Assembly (NCBI GenBank): GCA_964016885.1
Contig: OZ024743.1
Span: 147,994,001-148,058,000, forward strand
Direction: 5' to 3'
Length of the DNA stretch: 64,000 nucleotides
From: Eledone cirrhosa
Taxonomy: Eukaryota
Position 1 is the stretch's first letter; the number at the start of each line of letters is the position of its first letter. Shown here piece by piece: positions 38,215 through 52,789 of this stretch. Under the pieces are notes generated by a model, which did no database searches, was not told where the DNA came from, and saw only the letters and a list, made by a program, of their open reading frames with translations. The position numbers and the translations under genes were made by a program.

Positions 38215-39440
38215 AAGGAAAGTAAGGAGCGTATTAAAATCACATCTAAATAGTAGGAATATCATAAGTGCAGTAAATTCCCGAGCTGTGTCTATTATTA
38301 GGTACAGTGCGGGAATTCTGAAATGGAATGTTGCTGAACAAAAAGAAATGGATAGGAAGACTAGGAAGCTGTTGACTATCTACAACATGTTCCACAAGAG
38401 GAGTGATGTCGATAGACTCTACTTAAAGAGATCTGAAGATGGAAGAGGTCTTATCAGCATAGAGGACTGTGTTCAGATGGAGAAAAACAACCTGCACTAA
38501 TATGTGACTGACAGTAGGGAGTCAATGCTCAAAATGTTACTGAAGGAGAAGACAATAGACCAGGAGATGTCCAAGAAGGAAATAACAACAAGGAGGAAGA
38601 GCAACCTTCATGAAAAATCCCTTCATAGCACTTTCTTTAAGAAAACGGAATTTAGTGATCCACAGACGTGGAACTGGTTGAAAAGAGGAGACCTTTAAAA
38701 AGCTACAGAAGGAATGCTAATGGCTGCGAAAGAGCAAGCCCTTAGGACGAAGTGGGTGAAACACCATATTGACAAGGAGGAGGCTAGCTCACTGTGTAGG
38801 ATCTGTGGAGAGAGGAGACTGTGGCTCACATTGTATCCGAGTGTAAACACCTAGCCCAGACTCACTGTAAAGGCTGGAGACATGATGTGATAGGCAGGGT
38901 GATCCACTGGCATCTATGCAAAGTAAACAATTTACCACATTGTGAGAAGTGGTATGAGCATAAGCCAGAGTCGGTGATAGAAAACGATCAGGTGAAGGTG
39001 CTATAGGATTTTAGGATACAGATGGACAAGAAGTTAGAACACAATAGGCCTGACCTGGTGGTTTGGGAGAAGGAAAAAAGATTGTGCCTGATTGTAGATG
39101 TAGCTTGCCTATTTGACTCGAGAGTGTAAGAAAAGGAGAGGGAGAAAAATTAAACGATACCAGGATTTAAAGTGGGAGTTAAAAAGGATTTGGAACTGCC
39201 ATGAATTCAAGGTCGTCCCGATTGTCATAGGAGCACTAGGTACTATCTCAAGGAGTTTCCAGGGATGGTTAAAGAAGATTAGTCCGGCCCCCTTTTTGGA
39301 ACACTTCAAAAGGCATGCTTGCTGGCAACAGCAAGAACCCTGCGATACGTCCTGAATGTCTGAGGTTGCAGGTAGCGACTTGATATTCATTTCAACAAAC
39401 TTTCCAGTTAAATAACATCAATGACTGACACACAAAGAAC
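38215..39440 (+). mobile_element. 5'-truncated R4/Dong-like element of a second family (RT thumb, CCHC, RLE), (AAT)n tail
   Basis: SDVDRLYLKRSEDGRGL, CRICGE..HIVSEC, HNRPDLVV..CLIVDVAC, RYQDLKWELKRIW..VVPIVIGALG; several stops. Confidence 0.88.
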
Positions 39441-40503
39441 AATAATAATAATAATAATAATGATAATATATATATATGTGTATATATTAAATTATTTTCT
39501 GATGACTTGTCCATACTTGCATAGGTTGGATGTAACATTTTGAAGCAAAGTTTTACAGGTAGATGCTCACCCTATCACCCACCCTTTTACAGAGTGTATT
39601 GGGTGCATGTTATGGTGTCATTAACGCTAGAGAGTTTGCCGTATTTTTGTCACAACTGAAGCCCTAATAGTCTTCGAAGTGATATATGAAGGGATATCAT
39701 CTCTCCATGAAAACAGATATCCCTTTGCTTCCATGTGATACGCGGAAACTTCGTATTCTCATATAGAATAATTACAATTAAGTTCAAAAACACCCATAGA
39801 CCCTATGAGGTAGAAAATTAATCAGTGTGTGTGTGTGTGAATGTATGTGTGTGTATGTGTATGTGTATGAATGTGTGTGTGTGTGTGTGTGTGTGCGTGC
39901 GTGTTTGAATTCATCAACATGCTTGTTCTTGATAATATAATATTTAAATTTGATATTGCTAAATTTAGCATCATTGTATATATTTGCTCGTATTTGTTTA
40001 TTTAACTGTTTACGTTTGCTTTATTTCTCTTTTGTTTTTAGGTTTATTGTATTTCATTAATTCACAATGTAGCAATTAATTAATAGTTTATCTTTTTGAG
40101 GTTCAAGTTAATGATGATGGTATAGAGTTAATATCAGCATCATCACCGTGATCTAAACACAGTAACACTGACCCCAGTATATCCAGTGATCGTTTCAGTA
40201 GTCAAAGATAACTATATTTTTAAGAGAAATCCACATATCAGAAGAGTTAACATTTCCAACAGCTCCAGAACTTATCGTAAAAAAGATTGTCATCTTATGC
40301 ATAAAACCTATCTATTTCATCTTTCCACACCCAAGAGAGTGTTTGCTAGATATGGTGCTATTTTTATTTTCGATAATTTTTTTTTTTTGTATTTTTAAAC
40401 TTTTATTTTTGTTTTGGTAATGGCTTAGATAAATATATAAGACAGAAACACACACACAGATATATAAATACATACACACACTCGCGCGCACACACAGACA
40501 CAT

Positions 40504-40581
<78 letters not shown>

Positions 40582-40920
40582 GTATATTTATATACAAACA
40601 TGCACTTTCATAAATGCATGTTTGAATATGTGTATATATCCCCCTATTTGTTTCTATGTTCTTCTATTATTCATATATATTCACACAAATTGCTTCTCGT
40701 AGTCTGTCTATAGTGAGAGAAAAAAACCCCCAAACAACTGAGCCTATCTCCATATTTCAAAACAGAAATTCTTTTAAATTCCTTTAAATTTGTTAACCAA
40801 ATGGAGAGTAAGCTAGCGTTGGAGTGTACATTTGTTGACTGGATTTATCCAATTCCTCTGAAACAATTTTAGAGAGTGCAGTATGATTCTTCGACATATG
40901 TACATTGTAATTAATCACAT

Positions 40921-42140
<1,220 letters not shown>

Positions 42141-42244
42141 TATATATATATGTAGAGGTTATGTTTAATTTGTTGGGATACAACAAGCAAAATATTTTTA
42201 TAACTGATATAAAGCACTCAACAAATTATTGCAATAAATATACC

Positions 42245-42338
42245 ATATATTAACAAGTGGAAACTATATTTATAAAACCATATTTATTTCATGAAATAAA
42301 TATGGTTTTATAAATATAGTTTCCATTTGTTAATATAT
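42245..42338. repeat. Near-perfect palindrome (~47-bp arms, no spacer) next to (TA)n
   Basis: ATATATTAACAAGTGGAAAC...TTTCA|TGAAA...GTTTCCATTTGTTAATATAT. Confidence 0.92.
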
Positions 42339-42397
<59 letters not shown>

Positions 42398-42400
42398 GCG

Positions 42401-42456
<56 letters not shown>

Positions 42457-42459
<3 letters not shown>

Positions 42460-42591
42460 TTATGAAAATAACCGATTAAAGTTTAAGCAAAGAATCGCTG
42501 CTTTCACCCTTAACGGGATCTTCAGAGGATCCCGTTAAGGGTGAAAGCAGCGATTCTTTGCTTAAAATTTAATCTGTTATTTTAATAAATA
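42457..42591. repeat. Palindrome (~65-bp arms) next to (TA)n with hammerhead-like core at its centre
   Basis: Arms mirror around CTTCAGAG; minus strand reads CTGAAGA-TCCC GTTAA GGGT-GAAA. Confidence 0.85.
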
Positions 42592-42674
42592 TTTGCTCTA
42601 CGGTTCTTATATATTTGATATATATTTATCCTTATCGAGCCCTCTTTGGATTTTAGTCTTAAAATTTATTATTA

Positions 42675-42723
<49 letters not shown>

Positions 42724-43013
42724 TTATTTCACAGAACTTATATTCATAGAATTCTGGGACTTGACTCCTTCTTCCTCACTTTTCGTTGCATTACCATCTT
42801 TGATTGTTTACAGTCTCGCTCGATCCCCTTATTTACGTGTCCCAACGACTTTATTTAGCCGTTGCTCGCACCAACCGGAGGTATATGGTCTTTAAAGCGA
42901 TGAAATACCAATGAAGGTTGTAAGATCACTGATGAAGGAACTAAATTTATTCGTATGTAACCCATTTGCAACCACGCAGCACGTCTTGTTTTCATATTCA
43001 TATATATATATAT

Positions 43014-43073
<60 letters not shown>

Positions 43074-43074
43074 G

Positions 43075-43113
<39 letters not shown>

Positions 43114-43171
43114 GAGATAGAGAGATAGATGGATAGATAGATAGATAGAATACAGATGGGCAGAGGTATAC

Positions 43172-43210
43172 AATCCTGATGAAGGTTTATGGCCCAGAAA
43201 CGTGTTGATT
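43172..43210 (+). ncRNA. Minimal, partly decayed hammerhead motif (Penelope pseudo-LTR type); homologous relic at ~45650-45692
   Basis: AATC-CTGATGA-AGG tttatgg CCCA-GAAAC GT GTT-GATT; stem II weak. Confidence 0.5.
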
Positions 43211-43383
43211 ATTCCCAAATGCGAGTGTTGAAAAAACGGATGACGATTGGTCTTCGTCACGGCGCACCTTTTATCGGGCCTTTTGTTTTCAAACGAATCG
43301 AATATTATAATTAATTTTCGATATAACCCCTGCGTACATATGTATGTGTCTATATATGTGTGTATGTGTATGTATATATATAT

Positions 43384-43580
43384 ATAGGAACGAGTAGGAC
43401 CCCGACGGCTGAGCTCAAGCCGTTTCGACGGCTAATTCTGGATCCAGAATTAGCCGTCGAAACGGCTTGACCTCAGCCGTGGGGTCCTACTTGTTCCTAT
43501 TACCCACTCTACTACCCTAAGTATTGAGTAATTTGGTGCGTTATGGTCCACCTGGTTCCTTACCACATTTCCTTCGTTAT
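43384..43580. repeat. Palindrome (43384-43500) plus tail of a (TA)n-bounded repeat family also present, again with an inversion, at 50875-51013
   Basis: Arms mirror around GGATCC; CCTATTACCCACTCTA..CCTAAGTATTGAGTA..TTATGGTCCA shared with 50895-50965. Confidence 0.88.
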
Positions 43581-43621
43581 ATATATATATATATCTATAT
43601 ATATATATATATATATAGATA

Positions 43622-44284
43622 GACGAGGAAACCGTTGCACACGCATTGGTACACTGCTCGGGCGTAGCCGATCTGTGGGGCTATGTCGAACAACTGCTGT
43701 CAAGGGTGGGACCGATCCGGTTGACCACCGAGTCTATTGTAATGATCAAGCCGCCTCCCCCCTTCAAAGATGAAGCAGAGGCGGTGTTTCTGTGCGTAAT
43801 AGCCATGGCGAAAGAGGTTGTATGGTGGACGCGTCTGAAAGGACTGAGGTCAGGCACCTTTCTCTCTGGCCAACAACTGGTCCGTTTCCTCCGATATCAT
43901 TTCGGAAGAAGGATCAGGATGGAGAGAGAGGTGCTGCACCCCAGCCGTTTCTATGAAAGATGGGTGAAAGTGGCGAGAATGGCCCGTATGAATGGGCCTT
44001 CACTCTACATCAGACTATAGGTGAGGAAGATGAAAGACCAAGGGAGCACCCCTTCTCTGTGCTCCTGAGGAGAAGGGTTGCACACTTTTTTCGGGGGTGT
44101 GTGCGACCCCCCAAGGCGCCTCCTCTCTATTGAGGATTTTGTTATAAATTTTATTTTTTGTTATATCTTATTTTATTTTTATATTTTGTTATTGCCTCCT
44201 CCTTATTGAGGACGCCCTTTTGTGTAAACTCCCCCCTTTGTACTTGTCCCACTTTTGATGCCCTAGTGGCAAATAAAAGAAACA
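43622..44284 (+). mobile_element. 3' fragment of a divergent Tx1-like element ending in (AT)n
   Basis: ORF 43646-44020 (ADLWGYVEQLLSRVG..MAKEVVWWTRLKGL..MNGPSLYIRL) homologous to the copy A ORF2 C-terminus; 3'UTR ends GCCCTAGTGGCAAATAAAAGAAAC. Confidence 0.9.
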
Positions 44285-44314
44285 TATATATATATATATG
44301 TTTCTTTTATTTGC

Positions 44315-45483
<1,169 letters not shown>

Positions 45484-45993
45484 ACATTCGCATACTTACA
45501 TTTATGTAACAGCTCTGCTAGGGCGGGAACTAGAATTCTAATTTTATTTTTAATTTTCGACAAGGTCGACCGTAACTCGCTTGGTATGCAAATGTGGCTA
45601 CACTGCAGATCAATATATTTTCAATCGTTCAACAGATTGGCAAAGGTCTACTGTCCAGATGAAGGGTAATGACACAGAAACATGTTGATTGTACCACAAT
45701 GCCAGTTTTATAACCCATGCGTACATATATGTGTGTATATATGTGTGTATATATATATGTGTGTGTGTCAGAGATGTCAGTATGAATGGGCCTGTTATTT
45801 TTATCTAAAGACATTTTTTACAATTCCAACCCGCCCGTCCCCTCAAACTTATTTCTCATTCTTTCTTCTGATGAAGGACTAGCGTCCGATACCTTTAGAC
45901 CCTCTTCCTGCTATATCAAGTGTTAACCTAATATATCCCTTCCATATATTGTACCGATTGTGTTGTTATTTCTGTTTACCTTTTATATACATA

Positions 45994-46063
<70 letters not shown>

Positions 46064-46080
46064 TATTGTGTGTGTGTGTG

Positions 46081-46125
<45 letters not shown>

Positions 46126-46140
46126 TGTGTGTGTGCGCGC

Positions 46141-46177
<37 letters not shown>

Positions 46178-47639
46178 TATGCATACTTACATTTATGTAT
46201 CAGCTGTGATAGGGCAAGGAATAAAACTCTACTTTTATATATACATATATATATATATATTAATTTAATGGAGTTTTGCGATAAAAATATATTTTATTGT
46301 CATTCTCATTGGGCAGTCTGCAAGTTGATGCTTTTCACGAGTCCTCAAATCTTTAAAAACTATATTAAAACAGTTACCGAGTAAAAGAGGATTCAAGAGT
46401 AATTATAACCAGCCAAAACACACCTTAACTTCACTATTATGAGGAAAGCTAATGACTGTTACGACACCAAACTTGCTGATGCATCATGTGATTGTTAACT
46501 GCAATATCACCTTTGATCAAAGGTTCACTCAATGAGAGTTGACTTAAAACTAAGTATTAACAGCAGCCATAACAAATGCTTTAGCAGAAGTAAAAACGTG
46601 ACTCCGATAGTGACATGCAGTGACACATATATGGTAGAAGAAAGCAAACACTATATGACAAATAAATTACAAAATCTTATCTATCGTTTGGTATGTTTCG
46701 CAGAATACTTAAACACTGAATCACGATATTAGATGATAATTACTAAATCTCACACCCACTCCGAAAATAGGGCATCTCATCAAAACAAAAATGAAGCGAA
46801 TGATTAACAAGATAGTAGAATGGCATTAAAAATACAATAAAAAATGAGAGATGTAACATTATCATTTCGCTTTACCATCAATTGGTGCTTTGATAGAGTG
46901 CTTACTACAGTCCTATGTTAAGATAGATATAAACCACCTTTGACAGACTACCAAAGAATCTGTTGTTGCTCATTAGAAAATAATGCATATAAAAATTGAT
47001 TATAATAATAATAGCAATTGAAGTAAGTACAATAACAATAAGGGCAACAAAAGCAAAGGGATTAAGAAAATGAACGGAGGATAGAAAACAAAAGCAAAAA
47101 ACATTAAAAATGAAACAACCATAAGAATATGAGGAAAAGGATTTTATGATATAATAGAAACAATAAAGAAGAGATAATTGTAAACATGGCTTGATGACAA
47201 GGCGAATTATTAACTTAATAAATCAATATCTTAGCTGAGAGATAGATATTGAGTAAAGCTGTTGAAAGTAAGTAACCTTCCAATCCCTAGACATGCCATA
47301 CAACTACCACCACTATCACCATCACCATCACCATCAACATAACCTTCAGCACTCCCATCATTAAATGACACGCTCTCCTCCTTACTCCACTCCGCTGCTT
47401 ACATATGTGAGCTTTCAATTAACATAAAACATATGGAAAACCCCTTTTTTACACTATGGGTTGGAGTTAGAATTAAAGTACTTGTGCGATTAATTAGAAA
47501 GATACATCATTACATGATAATAGATGGGATGATAGGCGGGAGAGGAAAAGGAGGTGGGAAGCGAAGATGTTGATGTAAGAAGGAGACCTTCTACTCCCAG
47601 TAAGTTACTTTATATTTTCCTTTATTATTATTATTATTA

Positions 47640-47716
<77 letters not shown>

Positions 47717-48111
47717 GTTGTTGTTGTTGTTGTTGTTATTTGTTATTTGTTTTAATATTTTCTTGATTCTTTTCTTTTTAGTTTGTATTTTTTGTTCTTC
47801 GTCGTTTTTAACAAAATGTAAAACAAGATTGTTTCCATTTTTTTGTGTATATATATATGATACTCATGTACGTAATCTTGAGAGATTGGAAAAGGATTGA
47901 AACTGAATGCAACTAAATCAAGGGGAGATAGAACACTGTGATATCGAAAGATTAATATGTATGATGATAGACATAAAAAAGATTGCCTGATGACAACAGA
48001 TAGGAAGATAATTAAAACTAGGACCCAGCGAATCTATATGTGAGTGTGAGTGTATTTACATGTACAGACACGTACGCACACGCAAGCACACACACACATA
48101 CACACATACAC

Positions 48112-48169
<58 letters not shown>

Positions 48170-48182
48170 ATACACACATTCA

Positions 48183-48231
<49 letters not shown>

Positions 48232-49067
48232 TTGTGTGTGTTTGTGTGGCTTTATATATGAGTACTTTATGGGTGGTATTGAGCTAGATGTAGTTTAGTA
48301 GATACACTGATGTCTACAAGAATAATATTCAAAATAGAAAATTTGGCATACTTGAACGCTGCAATGCTCAAAATATACTATAAATCTACGAGGGAATATA
48401 ATTTACTTTATATAAAACATTAGTTGATCTGCTGAAAAAGTTTCTAAACAAGACTAAACTAAATTCCAGCCAAAATATCTGGTAATAATTAATATAAAAT
48501 CTAAATTTGCTGTTAAGAAAGACAACATACACATCTCTGAAAAGGTTGAATGAAACTTTTACACTACACAAACATCTTTATAAATAGCAGGGATATTTGA
48601 AACCATAATTTACCACTGAAATGTAGGGTATTTTACGTATATAAAAGAACATAATGTTTAACATTTAAGGTTCAGTAAATATATTTCTAAAGACAATAGC
48701 CACCATAGAAAGGAAAATGGATGCCACGCGCAGAAACGGAAATAGGGGAAATAAATATGGGAGCTTCAGCCAACATTCAGGGAGAAGACGTTCAATGATT
48801 CATTCCTGGATATACTCGAAACATCGGAATGGAGAAAATTAGAACACCAATAGGCGATTAGCATGAACAACAACCAGAATAACAATAACTAGTGTTAGAT
48901 TTCAGGGAGTACGAATATAATTACTTTTTCTGAATACCCTCCTACTACTTTTCAATGAGCTTCCGTAAATATGTAAGTATCATATAAATAGGATTGATTA
49001 ATTCATCTATAAGACTTTTTACATATCAAGTAAAATATGAAACACAAGAACACAAGAGCCGAATCAA

Positions 49068-49107
<40 letters not shown>

Positions 49108-49109
49108 GT

Positions 49110-49434
49110 ATTAATTCAAAATATTAACAAAATAGATATTCTTGTGGTCAATTATATTTTATTATACATATTTAAGAGGTACTGAGTTAAGTTTAACAGT
49201 ACGTCCTCATCAGATAAAATAGGATGATGCATAACATACCCTGACATAGTAGATGGTTAAGATTCAGTCATGGTCATGAATCTTAACCATCTACTATGTC
49301 AGGCTATGTCATGCATCATCCTATTTTATCTGAAGAGGACGTACTGTTAAACTTAACTCAGTATCTCTTAAATATGTATAATAAAATATAATTGATCACA
49401 AGAATATGTATTTTTCTTAATATTTTGAATTGAT
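49110..49434. repeat. Inverted repeat (~160-bp arms) next to (TA)n with relict CTGA(T/A)GAGGAC core
   Basis: Arms mirror around a ~10-nt spacer at 49266-49276. Confidence 0.9.
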
Positions 49435-49539
49435 ATTAATAACTCTGGAAAACCTTTTTTTTTCCTGTTGAGTGCTTCCAATCTATTGTAAAACTCATTC
49501 TCTGATGTATTCATTGAACCTTGTTTAACTTTTAAATAT

Positions 49540-49604
<65 letters not shown>

Positions 49605-49610
<6 letters not shown>

Positions 49611-50130
49611 CAACTAGAGATCGATTAACATATAAATAAACATATGAAACAATCACAGGGGATAATGTTTACAAGTGTATAAGCACACATAGCTAGGTAG
49701 GTAACTAAATAAAGTTAACTAGAACTTCAAAAATAGATACCTTATAATATGATTAATCTTCCCTGTATATATTCCATTAAAGAAATATATTTCACCAATT
49801 AATCGAATGGTAAACCACAGATGCCGATACTTAGATTTTCAACAAGGAAGAAGTCCAGCGATCTGTGTTTACGCATTAAGTTCAAATCAGCGACTGGCCA
49901 GTAACACGTGCTGTATCTACTAAAAATACACACATCATACCAGCTTCGTCCCAGTGGCGTGAATAGGGTTATCGACAACTAGAAACAGCAGTCAAGTCCT
50001 TTCAACAGTGTTAGCTCTACAATTAAAGAACCGTATTTATATATCTATATCCAATATATATATTAAAAATCATCCCCTGTGATTGTTTCATATGTTTATT
50101 TATATGTTAATCAATTTCTAGTTGTTATAA
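49605..50130. repeat. ~60-bp inverted repeats enclosing ~400 bp that includes a decayed SINE-like piece
   Basis: ATAACAACTAGAGATCGATTAAC..TCACAGGGGAT vs ATCCCCTGTGA..GTTAATCAATTTCTAGTTGTTAT; left arm abuts (TA)n. Confidence 0.75.
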
Positions 50131-50254
50131 AATGCTCGGACCTATTCAGTAGAATCTTGGAGCTTATTTTACAGGTGATATGGAGCATGCCTTTCTGGCA
50201 TGACACCCATAATTTTGATTTAGATTAAATTCATTTTGATTTATCTTAATTTTG

Positions 50255-50306
<52 letters not shown>

Positions 50307-50712
50307 TACGCATGTGCGTTTACTATGCTCTGTGTCACTCGCAAAGTTGGTTACAGAGCAACATTACCTGCTGATAACGTGATATTCCTTGTTCGATCTT
50401 TATGCTGAAAGCTTATAGTTTTAAGCAGACAGTATTATTGATTTAGGCGTCATAGAAACCCTGCATTGGATTTTACCACCAGTTCCATTTGGGTCCAGGT
50501 TTTTATCATTTATTTTGTTTGACCTGTTTAACTTGATTTGTTTTTCGGCTTAGGTGGTTAACGCCTTCTTAACCACTTTTTCAGTTTGTATGGCGTTTTA
50601 ACATAATGTTTAGCTCTGGTTTTTTAACTATTGGGCGTTTGCCAACATTTCTACGATTTTGCGTTTCGTTTCGCTTTTTCTACCAGCCGAAATACGATTC
50701 TCGCTGAATTAC

Positions 50713-50876
<164 letters not shown>

Positions 50877-52316
50877 TTTCGGGGTCATACTTTCTCCTAT
50901 TACCCACTCTATTAGCCTAAGTATTGAGTACTCTGGTGCCTTATGGTCCATCTGGTTTCTTACCACAACCCCTCTCAATACTTAGGGTAGTAGAGTGGGT
51001 AGTAGGAGAAAGTATATATATATATATATGCTACTGCCCTCTCTGAATATTCAGACTTCGACAAGAATTCTACGGATTATACCCTAACCTCTATTGTACT
51101 GTACTGTACTGTACTGCATTGATTAAATTCTCTACCCCATACTTCAGGGCCTTTGAATTCTCAGACTCGAACACACACTGATTCCATTTCCATATCTATA
51201 TGCATTATCTGACTGCAACTTGAACTATATTGTATTTCTCCTGTGTTTCGTTTTCTCCATTTTACTGCACCACCACTCTAGTTATTTTTAATTGTTTATT
51301 TATATATTTCTAACTTTTTACTTTATTAATGTGTTTTATCTACGTATTCTACTTTTACCTATCCATGTATTTTTTATTCGTTTTATTCGGATTTTTACTC
51401 GCTTGTACCCATTAACACACGACACTAGAATATCTCCCCCTGAGAACAACAATACCTATTACCAGGACTATCCGGGGACCTAGATATAGTCTATTTGCGC
51501 TTCATCGAGTTTTACAATTGATTATACGCGATGATCCGACTGTTGTGTTGGTTTTCCTGGCTGCGAGACCGGCCTCCTGGCGCATAGGCCAGCCTTGAGT
51601 GCTTGGAAAAATAAGTTTCCTCTTCTTTCGGTAAATGAAATTATTCGGAGCGGCTTGATTCGCCCAGGGGCCGGCCGCGCAGCCGTTTTTTGACCGCCAT
51701 ATAGTACCTTTAAATTCTAGACCTAATCATAAATATTAGCCGTATCAGGCCTGCCTCTACTTAAACAAATCCCCCTCCTGCGTAAATTAATAGTACTCGT
51801 TGGTATAACGATGGCCTAACGACGATGGCTGACTTCCCACTAGCACACCTGAAGCCTGGAATACATTCCTTGAGTGATTGGAATAATTGATTTCCATATC
51901 TTTCGCTAGGCGATCTCACTCGGAATGGCTGACACGTGGTTAGGATGGGCTGGCCGGAGTCTGCAGTCGCCGCATGCTTTTTGACTGCTAAACAAGGACA
52001 TAATCTTTAATCTATAATACAATTAAAGTTTCTTCATAAAAGACTATTTCTTTAACTAAACCTCGCAACCCAAAACCTTAAAAAAATGTTTAAACTGTTT
52101 AATTTTCAATTTTCTAATTTTTTTTTATTTTATAATGTTAATCTTAAATTTTTTTAACTTCATCCTATAAATCTAAACAAAAATTTAACGTTCCAATCTT
52201 CTGCGCACACATTATAACATGCAGACCCCACTATATTTACCTCTGTTATAATATATACCTCTGTTAAGATACGGGTCCTTTAGAATTACTTTTTTCGCGG
52301 CATTCTTGGCCTGACT

Positions 52317-52445
52317 GTAGCATGACATTAATACTGACTTTTCTTCCTCTTTCTTTCTGTCTATTTTCTTGTAGCATGACATTAACGCTGACCTTTCTCC
52401 TTCTTCTTGTAGCATCACATTAATGCTGACTTTTCTTCCACTTCT
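52317..52445. repeat. Three imperfect copies of TGTAGCATGACATTAAYRCTGACYTTTCT
   Basis: Direct reading; pyrimidine spacers of variable length. Confidence 0.8.
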
Positions 52446-52623
52446 TTTCTGTTTTTCTTCTCTTTGACCGGGAGGTTAGTAGCACACTATAAGCTTTAGC
52501 CCCCTCACCAGATGGCCTTAAGTAGGCCGAATGGGCAGCACTTGAGGGCGACCGGCTAAATTGGAAGATGCTAGATGGTCAGTCAATGATTTTCAGCCCC
52601 ATGGATTTTATCTGTTACATTCA

Positions 52624-52702
52624 TTTATTATATTTCGAATACCTGATGATATCACCGGATGCATACGGAACCCGGTAATTGAAATGATCATAGTATAATA
52701 AA
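52624..52702 (+). ncRNA. Type I hammerhead ribozyme motif (further family) near the end of a (TA)n-bounded island
   Basis: ATAC-CTGATGA-(ACCGG/CCGGT stem II)-GAAAT GATC AT-A-GTAT, palindromic GATC loop III, stem I extended by TTTATT/AATAAA. Confidence 0.7.
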
Positions 52703-52743
52703 CATTTCTAGGATTTACATAAGTCCAGCCTCCTGTTATTTTA

Positions 52744-52785
<42 letters not shown>

Positions 52786-52789
52786 CTTA

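Noticed and set aside
52643-52685. SECIS-like ATGA...TGAA hairpin
   Set aside because: The tandem GA pairs are the hammerhead core itself, and no upstream TGA-containing ORF was found.
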